The notes beneath the pieces were generated by a model. The model worked only from the letters and a program-made list of their open reading frames with translations, was not told the DNA's origin and did no database searches. A program made the translations under genes and the position numbers. A DNA stretch of 64,000 nt from an uncultured virus (IMG/VR IMGVR_UViG_3300031658_000003) (taxonomy: Duplodnaviria > Heunggongvirae > Uroviricota > Caudoviricetes). Of the stretch, positions 1 through 11,200 are shown one piece after another; the stretch's first letter is position 1; each line of letters opens with the position of its first letter. The stretch lies in IMG/VR virus record IMGVR_UViG_3300031658_000003; one strand, written 5' to 3'.

Positions 1-1
1 C

Positions 2-3000
2 GCATCATTCACAGTCGAACTTGGGCAGATTGCTAAGCCAGATACATATCATAAGCCTAAAGTATATCCGGTTATAAAGAATCAGATACCAGAATTTATT
101 AGAGAAGAATATCCTACTCTGGCTACATTCGTTGAGAAATATTACGAGTTCAACGATCTAAACACCACTGCATATGGCATAGGTCCTACTAATATATTGC
201 ATACTATGCAAGATAGAATGGACCTTGGTTTTCAGAATTACGGAGAAGAAACTAAGACTGATTTCTTAGATACATTCTTTGAGCAGTACGGCAAAGATTT
301 CCCAGTGACGCTTGCCGCAGATAAAAATATACTACTAAAGAATATTAAAGACTTTTACACAGCTAAAGGTTCTGTAAAAGGAATTGAACTTCTATTCAGA
401 ATCATGTATAATGAGACTGTCGAAGTATTTGTGCCAAATCAATACACACTGCGCCCCTCTGCTAATGTATGGTCTAGGGAGTATGTGGTAAAAGTATATG
501 CCAATGCGTTTATTCCATTGTTTGGTGATTTTGATATTTATGATCCAACTGAATTCGATGGGAAAGCGGTATCAGTACATTACCAAGAGTCTATTGGATC
601 TGTTACTGCCCATAGAATAAAACCGGCTAATGTAACTCAGGTTAAAGAGATTGCATACACTTCTCCTACGGCATATGAACTTACACTAGACATTGATCCA
701 AGTTTTACTATACAGAGTAACGGTGCAGGATTTGAAGCTACCGCTGTTGTTGGTGGCAAGATAGCGACTATTGACACTATCTCGCAGGATGCATCACGCG
801 CTCATGGCACATACACAATTTCGCCTTCTGGTTCCACTTCATCTGTTACTGGTGCAGGTGCAACATTTAGTGTTGTTGTAAATAGTTCAGACGGGACTAC
901 TGTAACAGTCACGGGTGTTGGTGATAGTTACGCGCCACTAGAAACTATCACCATACTTGATAGTACCTTGGGTGGTGGCGGAGCGGCTTCACTTACATTT
1001 AGAGTTGCCACGATCACTGATGGTAAGGTAAATAGTGTAACTATAACATCGGCTGGTTCACAGTACGGACACAATCCTGATATAGCGGTAACGCCTGCAA
1101 GTGGCGATACGATAACAACTGCTGTACAGTTGGAAAGTAGAGTAACTGATGGTAAAGTTACTTCTATATTGTTTACTGATGATGTGCAGGGACTAGGATA
1201 CAATAACCCTCCTATAATTAGAACCCCAATATATCCAACTTCAAGTTACCTAAGTTTAGCATCAGAAGACGGCTCGGAACCACAACACAAGAAAGCAATA
1301 GTACAGAGAATTCTTACTGGTGCTGTATATAAATCAAATTCGGGCGCCGCAAATGGCGGATTCAAAGTCGGTGAAACATTCACAGTAAATGAAGGATCAT
1401 TGTTAGCCGAATATGCTACCGATTATTTTGCAGAGGACTACACTCTGCTCACTCTAGCCAACAATGCGTTTGTGCGAATTTCTAAAATTGATTCTGCTGG
1501 CTATCCTAAAATACTTGAAGTTATCTCTATCGGCATTGGATTTCAGACTTCTACTTTCGATTTTGCAATCGTTTCTAAAACTGGTGCTACTTCTACACTA
1601 ACAGCAACTACTGGATACAACGCTGTCTATCCTGGCGTATATCAAACAACTTCTGGATTTTTGTCTAACGTAAACAAATTACAAGACAATAAGATTTATC
1701 AAGCATTCTCATACCAAATTCGTTCTGACAGACCTAAATCAGATTGGGGCGAATACGTTAAGAGAGCCGCACATCCGGCTGGCATGATTGGATATGCTGA
1801 CTTACAAATTACTGGTTCAGTCGATGTGGGCAACACCATGTCGGTAGACACTGATTTGATCTTCTACGTTGTTACACCGGACATCGAAGTTGTTGTAACG
1901 CAAGAGGTTGTTACTAGAGACATAGAATCTAATGGACATGCAGATACATTCGCAACCGCAGAGCCAATATTCTTTACTGGACCAGGATTAGTAAAGAATG
2001 ATATTCCTGTTATGCAAGATGCCGCACCTATCTTTGATGTGGAATCTGTTCTTACTGAAGTATATCAGGTAGATGAATCAACCGCATTTGTCTTTGAGAA
2101 AAATGCGATAGTTGATACTTATGCCACGCAAGATGCTATTACAAGAGAATGGGTGGCATTGATAAGTAGGGCAGATACTGCGGACGCTGGCGATACTATC
2201 AACACCAAAGAAATTCGTCCTGTGTTGGAAAGTTCTATCCACACAGAAGATGAGCAATCAGTATATGCGATAGATTATTTCTTGGAAGATTATGTTGCTA
2301 ATAATAATCCAGAATTTGTAATTGAGATGAACGCAGTAACAGATTCTTCTGCGATACAAGACGCACCCGCACTTGATATAGTATTTGCGGCTAACAAAAT
2401 AACAGACTCAACCACGGTACAAGATAGTCCAGTAACTGTTCTTGGATTTCTCAGATACTTTGTGGGTGCAACCGGTGATGATGTGGTTATGAGTGATGTG
2501 GTAAACAACCTACATCCATTCTTGTTCAAGACTGAACAGCCCGTTATCGCAGACGTACCCAGCTTGCAATCTGGATTACCAAAAGCTGATTCATATGCCA
2601 CGCAAGATGCTATTACAAGAGAATGGGTAGCATCGTTAAGTAGGACAGATACTGCGGCGTTCACAGATACAGTTGGTTGCAATGATATGCAAGTGTTCAA
2701 GGGTGATGGTGCCGCGATGGCGGATGTCATTGCTAAGGTCATGGTGAATACACTTACTACAGAAACTTACACTGTGGGCGATATAGCAACCCGAGGGTTC
2801 AATAAGAATGGTATAAGTGATAGTGGAGCATTACAGGATGTATCAATCACTACTCCCGGTCTACATAAAGCGGAAGTAACGACTGCGACTACCACAAATG
2901 TCGTAACATTCCCAGACATAAATAGAACAGATACGCCTGTCACTACAGAAGGTGGAAGTATCACAATGCAAGATTTCATAGGATCTTCTGACTACTTCTT

Positions 3001-3040
3001 AGAAGATTATGTTGCAAGTGAAGTCAGAAGTATCGCATAA
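2..3040 (+). CDS. gp7: Baseplate wedge protein gp7-like, 5'-truncated by the window edge, with a long acidic C-terminal extension
   Basis: Frame is open from position 2 (..KNQIPEFIREEYPTLATFVEKYYEF..). Motifs LLKNIKDFYTAKGS..LFRIMYNE and LQDNKIYQAFSYQIRS..HPAG are typical of marine T4-like gp7. Lies upstream of gp8. Confidence 0.75.
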   Translation, partial: ASFTVELGQIAKPDTYHKPKVYPVIKNQIPEFIREEYPTLATFVEKYYEFNDLNTTAYGIGPTNILHTMQDRMDLGFQNYGEETKTDFLDTFFEQYGKDFPVTLAADKNILLKNIKDFYTAKGSVKGIELLFRIMYNETVEVFVPNQYTLRPSANVWSREYVVKVYANAFIPLFGDFDIYDPTEFDGKAVSVHYQESIGSVTAHRIKPANVTQVKEIAYTSPTAYELTLDIDPSFTIQSNGAGFEATAVVGGKIATIDTISQDASRAHGTYTISPSGSTSSVTGAGATFSVVVNSSDGTTVTVTGVGDSYAPLETITILDSTLGGGGAASLTFRVATITDGKVNSVTITSAGSQYGHNPDIAVTPASGDTITTAVQLESRVTDGKVTSILFTDDVQGLGYNNPPIIRTPIYPTSSYLSLASEDGSEPQHKKAIVQRILTGAVYKSNSGAANGGFKVGETFTVNEGSLLAEYATDYFAEDYTLLTLANNAFVRISKIDSAGYPKILEVISIGIGFQTSTFDFAIVSKTGATSTLTATTGYNAVYPGVYQTTSGFLSNVNKLQDNKIYQAFSYQIRSDRPKSDWGEYVKRAAHPAGMIGYADLQITGSVDVGNTMSVDTDLIFYVVTPDIEVVVTQEVVTRDIESNGHADTFATAEPIFFTGPGLVKNDIPVMQDAAPIFDVESVLTEVYQVDESTAFVFEKNAIVDTYATQDAITREWVALISRADTADAGDTINTKEIRPVLESSIHTEDEQSVYAIDYFLEDYVANNNPEFVIEMNAVTDSSAIQDAPALDIVFAANKITDSTTVQDSPVTVLGFLRYFVGATGDDVVMSDVVNNLHPFLFKTEQPVIADVPSLQSGLPKADSYATQDAITREWVASLSRTDTAAFTDTVGCNDMQVFKGDGAAMADVIAKVMVNTLTTETYTVGDIATRGFNKNGISDSGALQDVSITTPGLHKAEVTTATTTNVVTFPDINRTDTPVTTEGGSITMQDFIGSSDYFLEDYVASEVRSIA
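2120..2657 (+). repeat. Intragenic direct repeat, 64 bp, copies at 2120-2183 and 2594-2657
   Basis: First 35 bp identical, 4 mismatches in 64 bp, in-frame offset of 474 nt. Both copies encode YATQDAITREWVA. Confidence 0.9.
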
Positions 3041-3044
3041 CTCT

Positions 3045-3052
3045 TATAAATA
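3045..3052 (+). promoter_or_regulatory. T4-type late promoter
   Basis: Intergenic TATAAATA upstream of the 3112 ORF. Confidence 0.8.
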
Positions 3053-3111
3053 AAAGAGAATATATTATATATTACACATATCACATTACAAAAAAAACTA
3101 GGAGAAGTTAA

Positions 3112-3564
3112 ATGTTAAATAAAATAGCTAAAATGAGCGCCAAGGGCAAATTGCATGTCGCACTTTATGGACCAGATGGTGCCCTAAAAGAAGAGCGCCT
3201 TGTGACTAACGTAGTTGTAGACGATGGACTAGACTACATTGCATCACGGATTAAAGATGCATCTGCGACTGCTATGAGCCATATGGCTTGTGGTTCAAAC
3301 GCTACCGCCGCCGCGGCTGGCAACACCGCACTTGGTACAGAACTTGGTCGTGTTGCATTAACATCAACCACTGTAACAAACGCATCTGTTCAGTATATTG
3401 GCGATTTCCCTGCTGGTACTGGTACTGGCGCTGTTGTTGAAGCTGGTGTCTTGAATGCATCATCGGGTGGTACGCTCTTATGTCGTACAGTATTTGCTGT
3501 TGTCAACAAAGGCTCGGCTGATACTCTGAAAGTTACTTGGACCGTAACAGTTGCAGATTCATAA
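3112..3564 (+). CDS. Virion structural protein (baseplate/tail region)
   Basis: AGGAG RBS, late promoter, Ala/Thr/Gly-rich, NVVVDDGL..IASR..MSHMACG..LGTELGR pattern, lies between gp7 and gp8. Confidence 0.65.
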   Translation: MLNKIAKMSAKGKLHVALYGPDGALKEERLVTNVVVDDGLDYIASRIKDASATAMSHMACGSNATAAAAGNTALGTELGRVALTSTTVTNASVQYIGDFPAGTGTGAVVEAGVLNASSGGTLLCRTVFAVVNKGSADTLKVTWTVTVADS

Positions 3565-3596
3565 GAATCATTAAATTAACTGAAGAGGTTTAACTA

Positions 3597-5225
3597 GTGG
3601 CTCTATTATATACAGATCAGGGCAGACAACAGTCTGCCAGATCATTTTTTCGAGACATCCATAATGAGAATGACTACTTCTATTTTTATGCAAGTAGAGC
3701 ATTGCCTTGGGAAAATGATGCTGTGCCTGATACTCCAGAGGATGCTCAGAAGCAGTTAGCTGAATGTAGAAAACAGACTCTTTTTGTTAAAAAGGTTCAG
3801 GCGGCTGATGCATGTCTTCTAGCAAGACGCATAGACTGGATCAACGGCACTGTATATGATGAGCATGATGACGGATATGAAGCGGCATTGACAGCAACGG
3901 GTGGAGCCACTACACTCTCTACGTCAAATTTTTATGTTATGACATCTGATTTCAATGTCTATAAATGTATTGAAAACAATAATGGTGGAACAAGCATAAG
4001 AAAGCCAACTAGTACTGGCACAGAAACATTCACATTGAATGATGGATACAAATGGAAATTCATGTTTCAGGTAAGTGTTGCTGATCGCGGTAAGTTTCTC
4101 ACATTGGATTATATTCCCGTGAGAAAAGTATCTGGATCAGGGCAACCTACATTTGATGTCAATGGTGAAATAGATGCTATTGTTGTTACTGCGGCTGGCT
4201 CTTCGTATGAAACAGTTCCTGCTGTCACTATAGAAGGTGATGGCACCGGTGCATCTGGTACTGCTGTAATGTCCGGTGGTGCTGTTCAAAGTATCACAAT
4301 CGATACAGAAGGATATGGATATTCATTTGCTAGAATTAGATTTACTGGTGGTGGCGGATCCGGTGCAGCCGCAACTGTCACCTTAGGTTCTTCTGAAACT
4401 CCTTCTTTGCAATCTGCGGTTGAATCAACTGCCATTAAAGGAACGATTGATAAAATAAAAGTTCTTACTACTGGTACAGATTATGTTACTAATGATGCTA
4501 TTGTAGTTATTACTGGTGACGGTTCTGGTGCCTCGGCATCACCTGTCATTAATGTGCGAGGAGAGATCACAGGAATTACTGTAATAGCTCCTGGTACAGG
4601 CTATACGTTTGCTGATATTACAATCACGCAGACTTTAGGTAGTGGAACAGGTGCTACGTTTAGACCTGTTTTGTCGCCCAGATTTGGACACGGTGCTAAT
4701 CCACAGAAAGAATTGTTTGCGAAGAATGTTGCAGTCAATGTCTCATTTATAAATGACAATCAAGACATTGTAATTGGAGATGAACTTAGATCGAATCCTC
4801 CAGCCGGAAATGATTTCAGACAGATAGGCATAGTCAAGAACATTCAAAATTTTGCACAGACTGCCAATTTTACTGAGATAGTAGGTACGCCGTGTTATGT
4901 AATCACAGTTTCTAATCCAGCTGTCTACAACTTGGACGACATCATTACATCATCTGATGGCGGTAAATTTATTGTAATACAAAAAGTCGATACAAATAAC
5001 GACGGCACATATGATGTAGTTTATTTGCAAAGATTTTATGGAAACATTACTGCAAGTTCTACTCTCGCCAACGTGACATCTGGTGTTTCTGGACTGAGTA
5101 TAAATACTGTTACTGCACCAGAGATTGATGTATATTCTGGAGACATTATCTACATGGATAACAGACGTCCTATAATTAGGGATGTAGATCAAACAGAAAC
5201 CATTAAAGTCGTATTTAAATTTTAG
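3597..5225 (+). CDS. gp8: Baseplate wedge subunit gp8
   Basis: RRIDWINGTVYD, FYVMTSDFNVYKCIENN, DGYKWKFMF, DFRQIGIVKN, SGDIIYMDNRRPI; GTG start. Confidence 0.85.
   Translation: MALLYTDQGRQQSARSFFRDIHNENDYFYFYASRALPWENDAVPDTPEDAQKQLAECRKQTLFVKKVQAADACLLARRIDWINGTVYDEHDDGYEAALTATGGATTLSTSNFYVMTSDFNVYKCIENNNGGTSIRKPTSTGTETFTLNDGYKWKFMFQVSVADRGKFLTLDYIPVRKVSGSGQPTFDVNGEIDAIVVTAAGSSYETVPAVTIEGDGTGASGTAVMSGGAVQSITIDTEGYGYSFARIRFTGGGGSGAAATVTLGSSETPSLQSAVESTAIKGTIDKIKVLTTGTDYVTNDAIVVITGDGSGASASPVINVRGEITGITVIAPGTGYTFADITITQTLGSGTGATFRPVLSPRFGHGANPQKELFAKNVAVNVSFINDNQDIVIGDELRSNPPAGNDFRQIGIVKNIQNFAQTANFTEIVGTPCYVITVSNPAVYNLDDIITSSDGGKFIVIQKVDTNNDGTYDVVYLQRFYGNITASSTLANVTSGVSGLSINTVTAPEIDVYSGDIIYMDNRRPIIRDVDQTETIKVVFKF
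5099..5106 (+). promoter_or_regulatory. Possible late promoter inside the gp8 3' end
   Basis: TATAAATA about 130 nt upstream of the 5238 gene. Confidence 0.5.
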
Positions 5226-5237
5226 GAATAAAAGAAC

Positions 5238-8200
5238 ATGGCATTAGACTTAAACATTTCACCCTATTATGATGACTTTACGGCTAGTAAGCAGTACGAG
5301 AAGGTATTATTCAAACCGGGTGTAGCAGTTCAGGCTAGAGAACTGACGCAACTTCAATCCTACCTTACCGCAGCCATAGGTAATCATGCACAATTTAATT
5401 TGTCTGAGGGCGCGCGGGTAGATGGTGGAGAGTCTACCATACTACGAAAGCCTTTCATTAAAATTAATGATGTCGATGCCGCATCTACCACTATCGTAGA
5501 TTCCGAACTCACTAACTATACCGGTGATACAGTCACTGGCTCTATAACTGGAATTACTGCAAAGATTCTGTCTAGCGCAATTGGTAGCGACAGTCATGCA
5601 GTAGATAAAAAGACATTATATCTTGCTTATACTGGTGGTAATCCAACAGAAGCTGGAAGTGAAGCTAGTTCTATTCACTTCATTGCAGGCGAAACCCTTA
5701 CAGTCACAAGTACAGATTCTGGAAGAAATGCTGATACATTTGTTGTAGATAATAACATAAGCGCAACTGTAACTAATCAGAATTATTATGGATACGGTCT
5801 GTTCTTTGTAATCTCTGATGGTATTTTCTTCCTGAAGAATCAATTCGTAACTCACTTACGACAAGAAATTGTTGTAGACAAGTACAACCCAATTGCAAGT
5901 TCTTATATTGGACTAAAAGCCAAAGAGTCTATTGTAAATTCAGACACAGATACTAGCCTACTTGATCCAGCATCAGGTTCTTTCAACTACAACTCTCCCG
6001 GAGCAGATCGATATAAGATAGCAACAGAGATTGCTATCCTGGGAATAGATGTAGATGGTGATGCGGATTTCGTAGCCACCGATAAAATCGTTGACGGTGA
6101 ATACTATCAGAAACAGCCAGAAGGCGTTAGTATGCTTTCTATGCTTGGAAAGATTCTCGCAGAAAGAACTTCTGAAGAATCCGGTGACTATGTAACAAAA
6201 AAATTCGATATCAATATCGATGAGCATTTGGCTACTTCCAATAATCAAGGTAAATTTTCTGCCGCAGATGGTGGAGATGCATTAAAACTTGCTCTATCTA
6301 TTGGCGGCGGTACTGCATATGTTAATGGATACAGACATGCGTATGGTACGAGTACTGTACTTCCCGTAAACAAAGGCACCTCAACCCTAATACAAGAAGG
6401 TCAAACAGTATCTACAGCATACGGAAACTACTTCATAGTTGATGAGTATTGTGGGCTGTGGAACATTGAAGATGGCAATCTAGTCACTCTTTACTCAACC
6501 GCCAAAGACGCAGTAACGGCAGGTACACATGGATCGACAGCGGCTCCTAGTACTGCCCAAATTATTGGACAAGCTAGAGTTAAACATATCTCGTATGATC
6601 AGGGCACTCTCGGTACAGCCACATGTAAATATCGTATATATCTTTATGACATTAAGATTACAAAAGGCACCCTGTCTAGCGTTAGAGGAATTTATTACTC
6701 CGCTGGTACAGATAGTGGCTTTGCTGATGTTGTTCTAGAAAGTGGTGTTGCGGTACTAAAAGAACCTAATCAGAATAAATTAGTATTCCGAACTCCATAT
6801 AGAAGTGCTAAGACACTTGCTGCCGCCGGTGGCGGCTCATATGATACTGCATATTACCATCAAGAAGAGTTCATTGTAACCTTTGCCGCAAACGGCACAT
6901 CGACACTTGGTGCTACCGGATCAATGACTTTTCCGTATTCTTCAAGCATCACTCAAACATTAATTGATCAGAACTTTATCTGTGTTCTCACATCTGCCCA
7001 AACTATTAATAGTGTGGCAATGGTTGAAGGTCAAGTACTTCCATTAACCGCGGCTATGTTTACTGCTGTTAATGCGACATCAATTTCACTGGATGTTGGT
7101 AGCGCAAGTGGAACATTCAATGCTAAAATATTCGTGAATGTTAAGAATACAGACACTACTCCTGTTCCCAAGACATTAGTATCTAACGTATACGTCAAGA
7201 TTAATACTGCAACAAACTCAGGTGGACGATATGGACCATGGAACTTGGGTATTCCTGATGCATTTAAGATTCAGAATGTTTATGTTAATGGAACTGCTTT
7301 TTCTGAAACTGGACAAGATCAAAAGAATAAATTTACCCTAGACAGTGGACAAACTGACAATCTATATGAACATTCTAAATTGATTGCTAACCCAGATCAA
7401 TTAGATAATTTAAATAAGTTTATTGTTGTTAAGTTACAATGTTTTACTCCAAATTATACCTCCACTAATGGCACTTGGTTCTCAGTCGATTCATATCCTG
7501 TTAATGATACTGGTACTGCAAGTACTATTTTCACTTATGAGATACCCAATTTTAGGTCTAAGAAAGGTGGACTATATGCACTTAGGGATTGTATTGACTT
7601 TCGTCCATATGTTTTAGCTAGTGCTAACATCAGTGGTGTGCTGGCTGATGCAACAATAAATCCCGCTACTGGTACGACTTTACTTAAACCTGATGATGGA
7701 ATACATGTTCCTGGTCCCATAACCAACTTTTCAACTGACGTGGAATTTTATCTTCCTCGTATGGATAAAGTTGTAATATCCGAGCAGGGCGAATTTGTTG
7801 TCGCTGAGGGAATTCCTAGTGTTTCACCACGACCTCCTGTTACAGATTGGGGAATGACTATTGCGGAGCTTAATATTCCTCCGTATCCTTCTATCTCACC
7901 CTTTCTAGGAAAGGTACATCAGAAGCCACATATGACTGTCGGCAAACGCATTCAACAGACAAGACGTTATTCAATGAATGATATTGCTGCCATTGAAAAG
8001 AGAATTGGCAGACTAGAATATTACACGGCTCTATCCTTGATGGAAAGAGAAGCAGATAGTATGAAGATTCTAGATGCTAGTGGAAATGATCGATTCAAGA
8101 ATGGAATCTTTGTCAATGTATTTGACAGTCATTCGTTAAGTGCAGTTGGCGACCCAGGATTCAAGTCATCAATTAATCCTGTAACTAATTCTGTTGGACC

Positions 8201-11200
8201 AGCATACGTTGAAGACAATATTAACCTAGACTTCAATTCTTCTGCCTCCAGTAATATTACAAAAACAGGAAGTCTATTAACTCTTCCTTATAGTCCAGTA
8301 GTATTCAGTAATAATAGATTTAGTTCTAAGACTAGAAACTGTGTTGGTGAATTGTTGTTTGACTTTTATGGTGATCTTACTGTCTATCCAAGATCACAGA
8401 ATCACGTTGATACGTCACGGGCACCAGATTTAGAACTCATAGATAATTCATTGAGTTTATTTGCTGGTGCTCTAGCCAATAATCTAAACAATGCACAGAT
8501 CACCTCATCATATGAAGTTAGCTTTGCCGGTGTAGCAAATGAACCAACATCTGCATCCTTTTATGCTGAAGCAACCGATACAGCCGCATTCTCTGGCACT
8601 GCTGATTTCAACGCTACAGCCAGTGCTGGAGCAAGCGCGACCGATAGCACTGCACGTGGGCGAGTAACAGTACAATCTGATGTCACTGGTATAGTTGATA
8701 TTTCTGGTAGTGTTGGTATCGATGGAGAGATAGGTGTATCAGGATTCATCACTGGTGATGTTATCACATCGACACAGACTGTTACCCAGAGTGCCACCAG
8801 CAGAATGCTCACAGCAACTGCCGGTCCATATACAGAGAACACAATGCAACTGGGCAGCAAGTTAATTAATGTTGATATTAATCAGTTTATGAAGCCTGTA
8901 CTTCTGTGTGTTATTGGCAGACGTATGAAGCCAAATACAAAACTATATGCATTCTTTGATGGTGTTGCAGTTAGTACTTCCTGCACTCCAGTGAATCTTA
9001 CCTCAGCAACAGACATCGTTGCCAATCACGCAGAAGCAACTTGGTCATCTAAGTTTCAGAATAACTCAATAGGCGCCCTAGGATCTGCTATTACGACTGA
9101 TGCTCAAGGAAATTTTGCGGCAACCTTTAGAATACCCAGTGGAACATTCATCACGGGTGAAAGAATTCTAAGATTCTCTGATGACGCTAAAGATAGAAAA
9201 GCATTCGTCACTACCTCGAGTAACGCATCATACTCATCTTATGGACTATCTACAGTCTCACAAGAGACAGTGATTAGTACACAGGTTCCATCTGTTAACT
9301 TTGGACAGACTTCGCCTCGAACTACAATCATAGGTTCACAGACCAGTGTAACTGGTGTAGAGATGAAGAATGTGGTAATGGAGCTCGATGCAACTGCATC
9401 CGCAAAAGTCACGGCTCAAGCTGATGCCGACCTTCAACTTACACAACACATTCAAGTAACTGGCGGATTCGATCCTATCGCACAGACTTTTACTGTTCAG
9501 TCACCCACTGGAGTCTTCACTACTTCAATCAAAGTATTCTTTTCTAGTAAATCGGCAGATATGGGCATCACATGTCAACTACGAGAAGTTGTTAATGGAT
9601 ATCCAGCAAGATCAGTTCTTCCATATGGAGAAGCATATCTTACTCCAGCACAGGTCAAAGTCACCACTGAAGATTCTGATGGTGTTATAGGGTTTGGCGC
9701 CGGAGGCAATCTAGCAACAGAATTTACTTTTGAAGCACCTGTGTATCTTAAAGGTGCCACAGAGTATTGTTTCGTACTTCTGCCACAGGGCAACTCACCT
9801 GATTACAACATCTGGGTATCTAAGTTGGGTGATAACAAGATTAATACCACACAAAGAATCTTTGCTGAAGATACTAACATCGACGGTATTCTCTTTACAT
9901 CGGCAAACAACAGAACGTGGAACGCTCACCAAGCTGAAGATATTACCTATCAGATATTGAGAGCAAACTTTACATCTACTTCTGGTTCACTGCAAATAGA
10001 GAACTCGGATGTAGATTATCTTCAGCTTGCTGATTACACGGCTGGTAGACCAATAGTAGGAGAGATGATTCATGGATGGAAGACTTCTATTGCTAATTCT
10101 GGATCTGGATATGAAGCTGGTGATATTATAACACTGGCTAGTTCAGTCGATTCCGCCGGCAAGACACTAACTGGAGTTAAGATTCAAGTAACTGCACCCG
10201 CAGTTGGTGCACCCGGTGCGATACAAACATATGTTGTTACTGATCCCGGCAGCTTAGAAGCGACATGGGCAGAAGGCGAGAATCCAGGAAACACCGCACA
10301 AGCCAGTGTCGCTATTGGCAACTTAGGTGGGGGAGATTCAAACGGCAACGGAACTGGTGCAATTATCAACTTGACACTAGCCCGCGGCGTATGCAGTGAA
10401 ATGAATTCACTGAAAGAGTTTGGAGCGTTTCAAGTAATCGATGGTCACTTTAGAAATCAATCCTCTCCAGGAGCGATCATTACACCAGTTAGAAGCGGCG
10501 CAAGTATAATGACTGTGGCTGATATTATCGATAGGAAGTTCAACGAACTGAGAACACTTATTGGTAATATTGATTTTCCTCAGACTTCGTTGCAACATTC
10601 ATTTGCCGCAACGAATCCTTCTGGTGTTTCTACTGCTAATTCAACATACGAAGCTATTCCAGTTGACACACGCAAGGGTATTTCTGTTGAAAAAGCAGTC
10701 CGATCTTACTCAAATGAGGCATACTATCTCACCGGTACAAGTAAGAAGACAATCAATCACAAGATATTATTCGCCACTACTGATGCTAAATTATCTCCTG
10801 TTGTAGATGTTACCAGAATGTCAATGCTGGTTAAGAGTAATATTATTAATAATGTATCTACAAACGAGACAGGAAACAATGGTGGCGCATTATCTCGCTA
10901 TATCAACAAGCCAGTAATATTAGCAGACGGACAAGAAGCTGAAGATATTCTTGTGCAGGTTGCATTGAAGCAACCAGTAGGATCGTCAGTTAAGGTTTAC
11001 GGCAAGTTTATGTCTGCTGAAGATGATGCAAATTTCATCGATGATATCCCTTGGATTGAATTGGTGCTAAACGATGACTGGAGTCCTAAGACTCCTTCAC
11101 TATCGGAAACCTCGTTTATTGATTTTGGATATAAGATACCTACTGCAAATTTAAATTCATCTGACGCATTTGAGTACACAACAGATCGAGTAACCAATCT

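Noticed and set aside
2120..2657. 64-bp repeat pair as a diversity-generating retroelement TR/VR
   Set aside because: Mismatches are not confined to adenines of one copy, both copies are in-frame coding, and no reverse transcriptase is in the window
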